From Candidatus Dormibacteria bacterium (GTDB taxonomy: Bacteria; Chloroflexota; Dormibacteria; Aeolococcales; Aeolococcaceae), in contig JBMFXB010000008.1 of assembly GCA_049964715.1 (NCBI GenBank), forward strand, positions 7,369-71,368: a stretch of DNA of 64,000 nucleotides, in the 5' to 3' direction. The position numbers and the translations under genes are program-made. A model generated the notes under the pieces. That model saw nothing but the letters and a program-made list of their open reading frames with translations. It searched no databases and was not told where the DNA came from. Every line of letters begins with the position of its first letter. Within the stretch, counting starts at the first letter, position 1. Below are positions 51,397 through 61,275 of this stretch, in pieces.

Positions 51397-52524
51397 ATGG
51401 CAATTGATACTCCCGCAACTGAATCATCTGAGCGTCTGGCATTTCCGGAACTTCTGGGAACCGACCATGTTGAACTTTTCGTGGGAAATGCCCGACAGGC
51501 AGCATACTTCTACTCGCGGGCGTTAGGATTTACTGTCATTGCCTATGGCGGGCCTGAGACTGGTATTCGGGACCGGGCATCATATGTCCTCGAACAAGGG
51601 AAGGTCCGCATAGTCCTCACATCTCCCCTTGGACCTGAAGGACCGATTGCACAACACATTGCCCTCCATGGTGACGGGGTTAAGGCAATTGCCCTGCGTG
51701 TTCATGATGCTGAAGCTGCGTACCGTGCAGCAACAGCTCGGGGAGCCAAGGGCATTCAGGAGCCAACCACAGCCAGTGACCGGTCTGGAAATCTCACGTA
51801 TGCCACAATTGCAACGTATGGGGACACCGTTCATCACTTCGTGGCCCGTGATGATTATGCAGGTATCCACTGGCCAGGGTTCCGGGAAGAGACCCGTGGA
51901 AAAGAGAGTGTTGGAGTCCGGTTCATTGACCACACAGTTGGCAATGTTGACAAAGGGAAAATGGATGGCTGTGTAAACTTCTACAGTGAAGTCTTCGGAT
52001 TCACTGTATTCCAGGAGTTTGATGAAAATGACATCGCCACACAATACTCTGCACTCCGCTCGAAGGTAACCCGTGACATGAAGACAATGATTACCTTCCC
52101 AATAAATGAACCTGCTGTTGGTCTCAAGAAGTCGCAGATCCAGGAATACCTTGAGTTCTATCGAGGAGCAGGAGTTCAGCACATTGCGCTACATACTGAT
52201 GACATCATCAGTACTGTCAGTGCAATGCGTGATCGAGGTGTACAATTCCTCTCTTCTACACCGAATGAATACTACGACACTCTGCGTGAGCATTCCTCAG
52301 GCATCGAGGAGGACATCGATGAGCTCCAGCGTCTCAACATCCTCGTTGACCGCGAAGAGGATGGGTATCTTCTCCAACTCTTCACACGACCCGTCACAGA
52401 CCGCCCTACACTCTTCTTTGAGGTCATACAGCGCAAGGGAGCAAAGGGGTTCGGCAAGGGGAACTTCAAAGCTCTCTTTGAAAGTATCGAGCGTGAGCAG
52501 GAAGCCCGGGGCAACCTCGTCTAG
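51397..52524 (+). CDS. hppD: 4-hydroxyphenylpyruvate dioxygenase
   Basis: DHVELFVGNA, IDHTVGNV, PINEP, GVQHIA, LLQLFT, FFEVIQR, GFGKGNFKALF. Confidence 0.96.
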   Translation: MAIDTPATESSERLAFPELLGTDHVELFVGNARQAAYFYSRALGFTVIAYGGPETGIRDRASYVLEQGKVRIVLTSPLGPEGPIAQHIALHGDGVKAIALRVHDAEAAYRAATARGAKGIQEPTTASDRSGNLTYATIATYGDTVHHFVARDDYAGIHWPGFREETRGKESVGVRFIDHTVGNVDKGKMDGCVNFYSEVFGFTVFQEFDENDIATQYSALRSKVTRDMKTMITFPINEPAVGLKKSQIQEYLEFYRGAGVQHIALHTDDIISTVSAMRDRGVQFLSSTPNEYYDTLREHSSGIEEDIDELQRLNILVDREEDGYLLQLFTRPVTDRPTLFFEVIQRKGAKGFGKGNFKALFESIEREQEARGNLV

Positions 52525-52547
52525 CCAGGACAAGGAGCACACACATC

Positions 52548-53729
52548 ATGAGACCATACCGTACACTCGGAGTCATACCGCCAAAACGGCACATGCAGTT
52601 CCGTCCCTCGGGAAATCTTGCATATGAAGAGCTCTTCGGAAGGATTGGCTTCAGTGGCCCTTCCTCACTCCTGTATCACACACATCTTCCGGAATCAACG
52701 CACAAGATTACTCCCGGGAACGAGGACATCTCGCCTCCAGTGCACGAGGATGCACACAGGCAGGCACACTTAAAGGGGATGGATCTTCCCCGTGGTGGCA
52801 ATGTGATCGAACATCGCACCTGGCTACTCGCCAACGATGATATCCGCATTGGCATTGCTGTCCCTGATTCAGGACAATCCCGACTGTATGTGAATGGCTC
52901 TGCAGATGAAGTGTTGTTCTTTCACAAGGGTTCAGGAATCCTTCATTCACAATTTGGCCGCATTGCAATCCGGGAACATGACTACTGTGTCATTCCCCGT
53001 GGAACAATTTATCGACTTGAGATCGATTTGGCTGCAGAACCACGCATCCTCTGCCTTGAAATCACTGGCCTCGTTGAGTCCCCTGCCCGGTACAGGGCGT
53101 ACAATGGCCAACTTACGGAGATTGCACCGTACAGTGAGCGTGATGTCCGTGGACCAGAGGAGCTTGAACATGAGGAGGGAGCAGTTGAACTCCTCGTAAA
53201 GCGTTCCCAGCGGTTCTCAACATACGAACTCGACAACCATCCTTTCGACATCATTGGCTGGGATGGCACAGTGTACCCATACTGCTTCAATATCCATGAT
53301 TTCGAGCCACGTGCTGGTCGATTCCATGTTCCTCCACCCATTCACCAGACCTTTGAGGCTCCGAACCTTGTCATCTGTTCCTTCGTCCCACGAAAGCTAG
53401 ACTGGGATCCTGAAGCACTGTTTCTGCCGTATCATCATTCGAATCTCGACTCTGATGAGGTGCTGTATTACGTGGACGGGAACTACCAGGCACGACGGGG
53501 AATACACCAGGGCTCGTTTACCCACCATGTGGGTGGGCTTCCCCATGGTCCACAGCCTGGAGCTGTCGAAGCGTCCCTCAGCAGAGAGCCTGTGACTGAT
53601 GAACTCGCTGTCATGGTTGACACCTTCCGTCCACTTGGACGCACACAGTCTGCAATCGACATTTCTGATCCAACCTACCCCTTCTCATGGCACAATGCTG
53701 ACCAGGGTGGATCAACGAGTATTCCCTAA
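52548..53729 (+). CDS. hmgA: Homogentisate 1,2-dioxygenase
   Basis: PPKRH, GFSGPSSLLYH, HPFDIIGWDG, HVPPPIHQTF, PYHHSNLDSDE, PHGPQPG; located between hppD and fahA. Confidence 0.92.
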   Translation: MRPYRTLGVIPPKRHMQFRPSGNLAYEELFGRIGFSGPSSLLYHTHLPESTHKITPGNEDISPPVHEDAHRQAHLKGMDLPRGGNVIEHRTWLLANDDIRIGIAVPDSGQSRLYVNGSADEVLFFHKGSGILHSQFGRIAIREHDYCVIPRGTIYRLEIDLAAEPRILCLEITGLVESPARYRAYNGQLTEIAPYSERDVRGPEELEHEEGAVELLVKRSQRFSTYELDNHPFDIIGWDGTVYPYCFNIHDFEPRAGRFHVPPPIHQTFEAPNLVICSFVPRKLDWDPEALFLPYHHSNLDSDEVLYYVDGNYQARRGIHQGSFTHHVGGLPHGPQPGAVEASLSREPVTDELAVMVDTFRPLGRTQSAIDISDPTYPFSWHNADQGGSTSIP

Positions 53730-53845
53730 CTTCTCCAGCATCACGTTATCGTGCACTTCAATACTTCCTGATGTTTGATGCAGAGCAGTACTATCGGTAG
53801 GCAGCTTATGACAGATGTACAGGAATACCATTTGGAGGAAAACAC

Positions 53846-54805
53846 ATGCGCTGGGTAACGTTCACTACCGAACACCACTCATCCCCCCTGTGTGGCATCC
53901 TCATCGGTGATGTTCTCCATGCACTCCCTGAAGAAACCACTCTACTCGATCTCCTCCGGACTCATGGAACAGATCTCGAGGAACCTGCACGCTCTGCAGC
54001 AGTCCATCCATATCTCACTGTTCCCTATGAAGCAGCAACCATTCTTTCTCCCATCCCCAATCCACCAACCATCAGGGACTTCTACTCATTCGAGCAGCAC
54101 GTAAAAACTGCACGAAAACAACGTGGACTCGATATGGAACCAGATTGGTACAACCTTCCTGTCTTCTACTTCACAAACCCTTACGCAACAACAGCTCCAA
54201 ATGCAGATATCCCTGTTCCTCCCGGTACACATGAACTCGATTATGAACTCGAGGTCGCAGCCATTCTCGGCGGAGGAGGTACGAACCTCACTCCGGAGGA
54301 GGCTCAATCACTCATTGCTGGCTACTGCATCATGAATGACTGGAGTGCCCGTGATATCCAGCGAAGAGAAATGAAACTCAGTATGGGCCCCGTAAAAGGA
54401 AAGGACTTTGCCACAACCCTTGGTCCCTGGATGACAACACCAGATGAACTTACTGATCTCGTAAAGGGTCATTCATACGATCTCACAATGACTGCAACAG
54501 TCAATGGAAAAGAGTATTCCCGTGCATCGCTTGCAGATATCTACTGGAGCTTTCCTGAGCTCATCTCATATGCCTCCCGGGGCACAGTTGTCAAACCAGG
54601 AGATGTTATCGGTTCAGGGACGTGTGGAACAGGATGCATCTATGAACTATCCCTTGTTCACGGAACGACCAGATATCCTTGGCTGAAGGAAGGAGATGTC
54701 GTGACACTCTCTGTCGATCGGCTCGGGTCAATCTCAAATCGCATTGTTCGAGGACCTGAGCTTCACGAACTTCGACCACAGGGAGTTATCCATGAAACTG
54801 CATGA
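53846..54805 (+). CDS. fahA: Fumarylacetoacetate hydrolase family protein
   Basis: RDFYSFEQH, LDYELE, NDWSARD, KGKDF, GSGT. Confidence 0.85.
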   Translation: MRWVTFTTEHHSSPLCGILIGDVLHALPEETTLLDLLRTHGTDLEEPARSAAVHPYLTVPYEAATILSPIPNPPTIRDFYSFEQHVKTARKQRGLDMEPDWYNLPVFYFTNPYATTAPNADIPVPPGTHELDYELEVAAILGGGGTNLTPEEAQSLIAGYCIMNDWSARDIQRREMKLSMGPVKGKDFATTLGPWMTTPDELTDLVKGHSYDLTMTATVNGKEYSRASLADIYWSFPELISYASRGTVVKPGDVIGSGTCGTGCIYELSLVHGTTRYPWLKEGDVVTLSVDRLGSISNRIVRGPELHELRPQGVIHETA

Positions 54806-55295
54806 CGAACCCCGGGATGACTTCCTCGCACGACTTGAGGTCGTGAGGGAGCAACTCACAAAGCTTGCATCGTCCACGTATGCACCAGATGCCCAGACTG
54901 ACCCTGATCCAACCGGCTCAGAAACATGGAGTGCGGGCAATGTCTTTGCACATATTGGAGAGTTTCCATCCTATTGGCTCCGGGAAGCATCAATGGTAGC
55001 CGACACGTTCAATGGAAAGCCCGTTCCCTTCGGAAGGACGAAGCAAGATCCCCACCGCAAGGAAGTCATCATCCGCGATGCAGCCCGATCCCCACAGGAA
55101 ATCATGGAACAGATTGCACCTGAACTTGATGAATTGCGGAATTTCATTGCGGATTTACCTCCTGATGGATGGGAAGCCACTGGCCTTCATGAAACGCTTG
55201 GCCCCATGCCGATGTCCCGCATTGTGGATGAGTTTCTCGTTGGACATCTCGAGGAGCATGCAAGGCAGCTTGAACTTCTCCTCACACGCTCCTGA
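54792..55295 (+). CDS. DinB/YfiT-superfamily four-helix protein
   Basis: WSAGNVFAH...GHLEEH His triad; overlaps fahA. Confidence 0.75.
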   Translation: MKLHDEPRDDFLARLEVVREQLTKLASSTYAPDAQTDPDPTGSETWSAGNVFAHIGEFPSYWLREASMVADTFNGKPVPFGRTKQDPHRKEVIIRDAARSPQEIMEQIAPELDELRNFIADLPPDGWEATGLHETLGPMPMSRIVDEFLVGHLEEHARQLELLLTRS

Positions 55296-55304
55296 CATAC
55301 ACGT

Positions 55305-56357
55305 TCACGACATCAAGGGGAATGTTGTTCCAGAGGAAAGGGTCCTATGATAGGTCGTACCCTCAGTGGATCCTGTGAGACCTATCTGTTGTGTTTCCCA
55401 CCCTGGAATGGCTACAACTCGTCGGGTCCTGCTCTCTTCACGAAGGGAATCCATGATATGGATTGCAATGACTTGTCCTCGATGGTAGGGATCAAGGTCC
55501 AGGGATTCACGTCCACTGCCATCACCCCGATCCACTGCAACAGCAATCTCATCTTCATATCGTGCACGCATGGCCTCAGTTGGATGGGCTGCTCCATCCC
55601 CACCTTGCATCGTGTGCGCAAACATCCTCGCAATGACATCAGGGAGTGTCTGGGGAAGGGCACCTGCATCGAGAAGCTCGTCCACAACCACTTCGACACT
55701 GGTCCTTCTTCCATTCATGGCGGGAAGCCTCCCCAGAGTACCGAGAATACCCATATATGTCCCAAGATAGCGATTCCCTGCAATGCCATACCCATCCACT
55801 TCATGATTCACCATGTGAGAAAGACCAAGATATGTTGCACATTCCCGTTCCCTGTACCGTGCTACTGCCTCGGCAAGTGCATCCCTGAGGGGATCCTGTG
55901 AAGATTGACCACTATCCATTTCGTTGGTGTTGCTGTATGACATCTGAATTGCCTCGACGCCACATTGCACAAGATCCCGTATAAGGTTTCTGACTGCCTT
56001 TTGCACCTCGGGCCGGGATTGCTCACCTTGTGTACATTCACCAAGGAGTGACATGCTCCCAGGCTTCATGACAATCGTTGTCGTTGGTGCATCAAACAGG
56101 CAGGATCTGTCCTGCTGACCAGGATCTGCTGACCAATATCCTTCCTTCACACGAAGTGATGATGGCAACACTTTGGTATCGAGACTGAGCCGAAGTGAAC
56201 GTTCCACGCAGCGTACTGTGATTCCAGAGCGAAATAGACCATGGGTCTGCTCCGCGAATGTCAGAAGTGCCTGCCGGAATGAGGTTTGTGTCCGTTGTGC
56301 TCCAAACCCTGCAGTCTGGACTTCTTCCCTCTTTGGTTGTAGCCCACCATCCTCCAT
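55305..56357 (-). CDS. Hypothetical protein, possible pseudo-zincin
   Basis: 350-aa ORF; NLIRDLVQ...DALAEAVA pattern. Confidence 0.6.
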   Translation of the reverse strand: MEDGGLQPKREEVQTAGFGAQRTQTSFRQALLTFAEQTHGLFRSGITVRCVERSLRLSLDTKVLPSSLRVKEGYWSADPGQQDRSCLFDAPTTTIVMKPGSMSLLGECTQGEQSRPEVQKAVRNLIRDLVQCGVEAIQMSYSNTNEMDSGQSSQDPLRDALAEAVARYRERECATYLGLSHMVNHEVDGYGIAGNRYLGTYMGILGTLGRLPAMNGRRTSVEVVVDELLDAGALPQTLPDVIARMFAHTMQGGDGAAHPTEAMRARYEDEIAVAVDRGDGSGRESLDLDPYHRGQVIAIHIMDSLREESRTRRVVAIPGWETQQIGLTGSTEGTTYHRTLSSGTTFPLMS

Positions 56358-56505
56358 ACCTTGATCGTGCAGTGACAGGGCGGACAGGACACGGACAGTG
56401 GACAGTGGGCAGTACTATTTTCCCGTACCAGTCACACTCCCAGCACTTCTGTCCGTGAACTGTCCGCAAGATCCCGATACGATCTACCTACAGTCGAAGG
56501 GAGAT

Positions 56506-57813
56506 ATGGCAGATCACGTGACACAATCCAATCCTGAGGAAGGCCACGATGTGGTACCAACTCAAGTGCAGATTCCGAAGAGTAAGCTAGGGTACCGTCT
56601 CAGGCGCATTGCGGTTGCTGTGACAGTGATTGCTGCTTCGTACCTTGGCTTTCAGGCGTACCGGACTTTCTCCACCCCATATGGAACAATTCCCGCAAGC
56701 TGCAAGGTTAGTCCTCCACCGGGAACTCAATCTGCAATTACTCCTGCACAGGCTTCACAAGCTGCAAGGAAATCTTTCGCAGCTCTTGAAAAGTGTTTCG
56801 GAACAGCAAATGGATCGTTCAGGGGGCTGTATGTTGGTCCTGCAACTGCATGGCCTGAGTCGCAGGGCATGGCTGCACTTCTTGGACTTGGGCGTCTTCC
56901 CAATATGCCACCCTCTCTCCGCAACTCCATTGCCCAACACATGTCGAACCTTGCAGACTACTGGGACAGTGCGCACGGTGGGTACTACCCGGGAGGGAGA
57001 TGGTTCATCTTTGGTGGTGGCGTTAAGAAATATGACGACAATGCATGGATGGGCATGGATCTCCTCGATGCATATAGCCTTACACACAACCATGCATATT
57101 TGACACAGGCAGAACGGGTTGCCACATTCGAAGCTACTGGCTGGTCAAGGAATCAACGTTATCCATCTCCGGGTGGTGTATTTTGGCAGGAGCCGTCAAG
57201 CGGCACTGACAGAAATGCAGTAAGTACAGGAGGAGCTGCCCTTCTCAATGCAGAACTCTACCGCATAACAGGCAAACCTCTGTACAAGGACAGGGCAGAA
57301 CAATATATCGCGTGGACAGTAAATACGCTCACACTCAAAAATGGACTCATAGGAGACCACATTTCAGTTGATGGCACTGTAAGCCCAGCAATCTGGTCAT
57401 ACAACCAGGGACTCGTTATCGCCACATATGCATCACTGTTCTCAACAACTGGCAATAAAGACTATCTCGATGCTGCCAATGCACTTGCCGAAAGGACACT
57501 TTCATACCTTGATACGGGAAGTCGCATGGCTGCAGAGCCGCCCATCTTTGAATCCATCTTCATGCGAAGCCTTGCCAATCTCAATACCATTTCTCCAAGG
57601 CCCGAATACCTCAAAGCCATGCAGAGGTGGGCAACTGTCATGTACAACCACATGGTAAAAGGAACCGGAGTGGTACATGAAGGTCCAGTCAACACTGCTG
57701 CCACTGGCTGGCTCCTCACGCAGGCAGCTGCAGTACAGGCATTCAGCACCTATGCAACTGCTGCAACTGCACAGCATCATTCACCTACCATCTACCAGGG
57801 ATGGGCACTCTAA
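56506..57813 (+). CDS. Glycoside hydrolase family 76 with an N-terminal membrane anchor
   Basis: TM IAVAVTVIAASYLGF; YDDNAW catalytic DD, GGVFW, NAVST, WSYNQG. Confidence 0.85.
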   Translation: MADHVTQSNPEEGHDVVPTQVQIPKSKLGYRLRRIAVAVTVIAASYLGFQAYRTFSTPYGTIPASCKVSPPPGTQSAITPAQASQAARKSFAALEKCFGTANGSFRGLYVGPATAWPESQGMAALLGLGRLPNMPPSLRNSIAQHMSNLADYWDSAHGGYYPGGRWFIFGGGVKKYDDNAWMGMDLLDAYSLTHNHAYLTQAERVATFEATGWSRNQRYPSPGGVFWQEPSSGTDRNAVSTGGAALLNAELYRITGKPLYKDRAEQYIAWTVNTLTLKNGLIGDHISVDGTVSPAIWSYNQGLVIATYASLFSTTGNKDYLDAANALAERTLSYLDTGSRMAAEPPIFESIFMRSLANLNTISPRPEYLKAMQRWATVMYNHMVKGTGVVHEGPVNTAATGWLLTQAAAVQAFSTYATAATAQHHSPTIYQGWAL

Positions 57814-57828
57814 CTGAAGCGAAGCGTG

Positions 57829-59395
57829 TCAGGTGGTCGTGCGGTCCAGGCGATGCATGCACCATACAGCAAGTACAGTTCCTGCAAGCCACAGTCCTGC
57901 AAGGTAGAGGATCCCCTGAAGATCTGGCATTTTGAGGTATGGAGTCCCAAAGGCACTATAAATGGAGAGTTCTGTTATCCACTTGGGCCACTTGAGAACA
58001 TCACTGACAATCATGAATCCGTAGCTCCCTGCCATAAGGAGTATGGGAACAACAATTGCAGTGGGCGTCCGCAATATGACAGCTGATGCTATTCCAACAC
58101 CTCCTACTGCCCCAGCAATGAGCACGATGTCCCACCATGCCCGAAAAATTCCACCTCCAGCAACGGTGAACTTGCCAAAGTGTGATCCGATAACAATGCC
58201 CAGAATTGCTGCACATGCAAAACCCAATGCCACTATTGCAAGTTGCAAGGTTCGTTCCATCACATACCGTACTTCCGTTATTGGAAGACTGAAATCGATA
58301 TCAATCCGGGAACTTGACGCCTCTTGGGACCACGAGGCAACGAGAGTAACAACACAGGCTGTCATGAGGAGGGCAGCGAACGCAAAGATCGAATCAACGA
58401 TGGCACTTTGCACATGGGAAACTGCACCTGAACGTTCAAGGATCGTATGCAAACGTCCTGTCTTGCCAAGAATCCCCCACTTTTGGTCAGTGAGCCAACT
58501 TGTGGTAAATGTACGACGTGAAAGTCTACTCCGATGGAATGGAATGTGATTGACAGCTGCACCCTGCTTTAGATGGAACACCACACCATCAATGTCCCGC
58601 CTCGAATACAGGAAGCCACCAACAACGATTGCAGCACACCTTGCACTAAATGGAATGAAAAGCATGAGTGGATGAAGAACGAGACCCGGAACAAGGCTCC
58701 GTGCATCCTGATAGTAGTAGAACGGTGAGACAAACTTGAGACAGCTGGGCCAGCCGAATGACTGATATGCATTCGCAATGAAATATGACGCCACAAGATA
58801 AATACAGGCAATCCCTGTGGCCATTCGTGTGGTAGCGAAGAATTGGGCAAGGAGAATACCGAAGCCAAGTGCTGTGACAGCAATGACCCCTATTGCAACC
58901 ACCTGGAGTATTGCACTTCCCACAAGATTTGTTTGTGAGACTGCTCCACCTATCACAGTTCCGATATACACCATGACAAGAAGTGCAAGCAAAGTCACGA
59001 TCATTGCACTGCATGCATCAAGAAATACTTCTGTGCGGCCAAGACCTGTACTGATCCAGAGCTGATCGAGACCCTTGCGTTCTCCTCCACGGCTAATGGC
59101 AATCCCCTGGATGACAACGTAGATTGCAACGATGAGACCTACAGTGCAAAGACTTTGTAGCTCAGGTACCCCCCGATCGTATCGAGTCGATCAGCTGGAC
59201 CAGTGAGAATTGCAACACTATCTGCAACCGATTGTGACTGCTTTGCGAGTTCGGAAAGGGACAGGCCAAGAGCGTGCGCAGAAGCAAGATAGGCTGGAGC
59301 AGTTGTCCCAATCATGACTGCAAGTCCAAACCCGGCAAGGACAGCTCCGAGCCAGTGACGACGCATGGACCAGAGAAAAAGTGTCAGGTTACTTG
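57829..59395 (-). pseudogene. ABC-2 type permease, frameshifted
   Basis: Frameshift near 59143: GGYLSYKVFA continues in another frame as VGLIVAIYVV...GGERKGLDQLW; SPFYYY motif; start position uncertain. Confidence 0.75.
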
Positions 59396-60276
59396 AAGTT
59401 CCCAAACTCAGTGAGGAAGATCTCTTTAAGGCTCTTCTCCGCAGAATCGATAGTGAGGATTGTTGCAGGTCGGACTGCATCAAGAAACGGTGTCATGGTG
59501 CCTGCAAGAGTACATGTGATGCGGTGATCTTCCATATAGAGCTCGCTCAGTCCTGGAAGGTGTTCCAGTGCTGTACGGTCCACTTTGCCCTCAATGCGGA
59601 CAGCTACCCTGAGGGACCGTTCGATGAGGAGTTCCTCCATCGTGCCCACCTGTCGTAGCTTCCCACCATGGAACACTCCTACCCGATCACAAAGCTCCTG
59701 AACTTCGGGGAGAACATGCGAGGAGAGGACTATCGTCGTGCCCTGTTCACGCAGGCTCCGCATGAGATACCTGAATCGTTGTTGGATGACAGGATCCAGT
59801 CCACTTGTTGGTTCATCCAGGAAAATAAGCTTCGGACTGTGCATAACGGCCTGAAGAAGCCACAACTTCTGACGATTTCCATGGGAGTATTCGCGATATC
59901 TTCTTCTGAGATCGAGATCAAATTGCGTTGCGAGTTCTGTAATGCGGGCATCAGCAACACCTCCCCGGACATGAGATAGGAGATCGAGAATCTGTGCTCC
60001 TGTCTAATTCGGATAGTCAGGAGCCTCTGCAGGCATGAACCCCGTTTCCTGCTTGATCCTGACACTGTCGCGGACAGCATCCCTGCCAAGGACTGTCGCG
60101 CTTCCACGTGTGGCACAAATGAGGTTCATGAGAAGCCGTATGGTTGTGGTCTTCCCTGCTCCATTGGGTCCCACAAGCCCAAATATCTCTCCCTCGTGGA
60201 TGGTCAGATCGAGATCAAAGATTCCATGGCTGCTGCCATAGTCCTTCGTGAGTCCATGGGTTTCAACGCTTTCCAT
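59389..60276 (-). pseudogene. ABC transporter ATP-binding protein with one in-frame TAG
   Basis: GPNGAGKTT, YSHGNRQK and LDEPTSGLDP lie in one frame, interrupted by TAG at 60004-06 (PN*TG). Confidence 0.85.
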
Positions 60277-60762
60277 CCCTTGATACTAGGCCAGAAGACT
60301 CAATTGTTGTTGATCAGTGTGAGCTTTGCAAGGACACATTCCAGGGCGCATCGCGTCCACCGTATGCTGCTGGGTCTCGGACAATCAATTGGAGGGTCCT
60401 AACACTGCGCTGGCAAAATTCTTCACATTTAGTTCCAATTGCGATCGAGACATCGGAAGCTACTTCCCATGCGAAAAGCAAAGTTCACATCGAGTACTCA
60501 CGTCCCCAAATAGTGTTCCTTGCTTGCAGTTGAACCTGCCACGAGTTTACCCACCCTCCGATCACGCTGGAGATTTTTAATAGAAACAGCCACTGCACGT
60601 TGGAATCAAAGTCTCTTGTATATTGTCGATAGTCGTTCACTTACAAGCACACGTGATTCCGTCAATTCCACCCTCTTCCCTATCATGAAGCTTGAGAGCC
60701 AAATCGAATAGTGACCTGCCACTGCAGTACAGTGGAGAAGAACAAATGTGAAAGGGAAATTG

Positions 60763-61263
60763 ATGCACATGGCACACTCATACTGGACACGACTTCCTGA
60801 TCGGAAGAAGGAACTCCGTGGCATGGTGTTCTGCAGGGATCTTCCTGAACGGTATGCAGGGGGGTTTGTACTCCTTGAATCCCAGCCCTTCCGAATAGGG
60901 CACAATGTCAGCATCCGCTTGAAGGAACAGGACAACGCACTCCTCGTGTATGAGGTCAAAAGAATTGTCACCTACCGTGGTCCTGCAGACTATGTGAAGT
61001 GCATACCATGTGGAAGGGATCTCGACAAGGCGATTTTGTGCGCAAACGAGATTCTTGACACTAATATGGGAGTCCCCAAAACGGGGAAGGTACCTTTCCA
61101 GTTCACACGTAAGGAGCTGGAGCGTTCGCTACTTCGTCACTTTACATTCGCATCTCGCTCCCACCTTCGAGCTCTGGAAGAGCAGCAACGGAAAGACCGT
61201 TTGCATCTGCAGGAACGGATAGCACGGGAGCATGTAAAAGCTGCTGGATTCGAGATTTCCTAA
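60763..61263 (+). CDS. Hypothetical protein ending AAGFEIS
   Basis: About 166-aa ORF with a charged helical tail; RBS-like AAGGGA. Confidence 0.6.
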   Translation: MHMAHSYWTRLPDRKKELRGMVFCRDLPERYAGGFVLLESQPFRIGHNVSIRLKEQDNALLVYEVKRIVTYRGPADYVKCIPCGRDLDKAILCANEILDTNMGVPKTGKVPFQFTRKELERSLLRHFTFASRSHLRALEEQQRKDRLHLQERIAREHVKAAGFEIS

Positions 61264-61275
61264 TCCTGTACATTC

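Noticed and set aside
28137-60006. Amber (TAG) recoding suggested by in-frame TAGs at 28137 and 60004
   Set aside because: Many conserved genes (metB, rnhB, hppD) end properly at TAG, no suppressor or pyl tRNA is seen, and the neighbouring permease is also broken.
60763-61263. Immunity gene for the WxG-GH76 effector
   Set aside because: Convergent orientation, no export signal and no immunity-family features.
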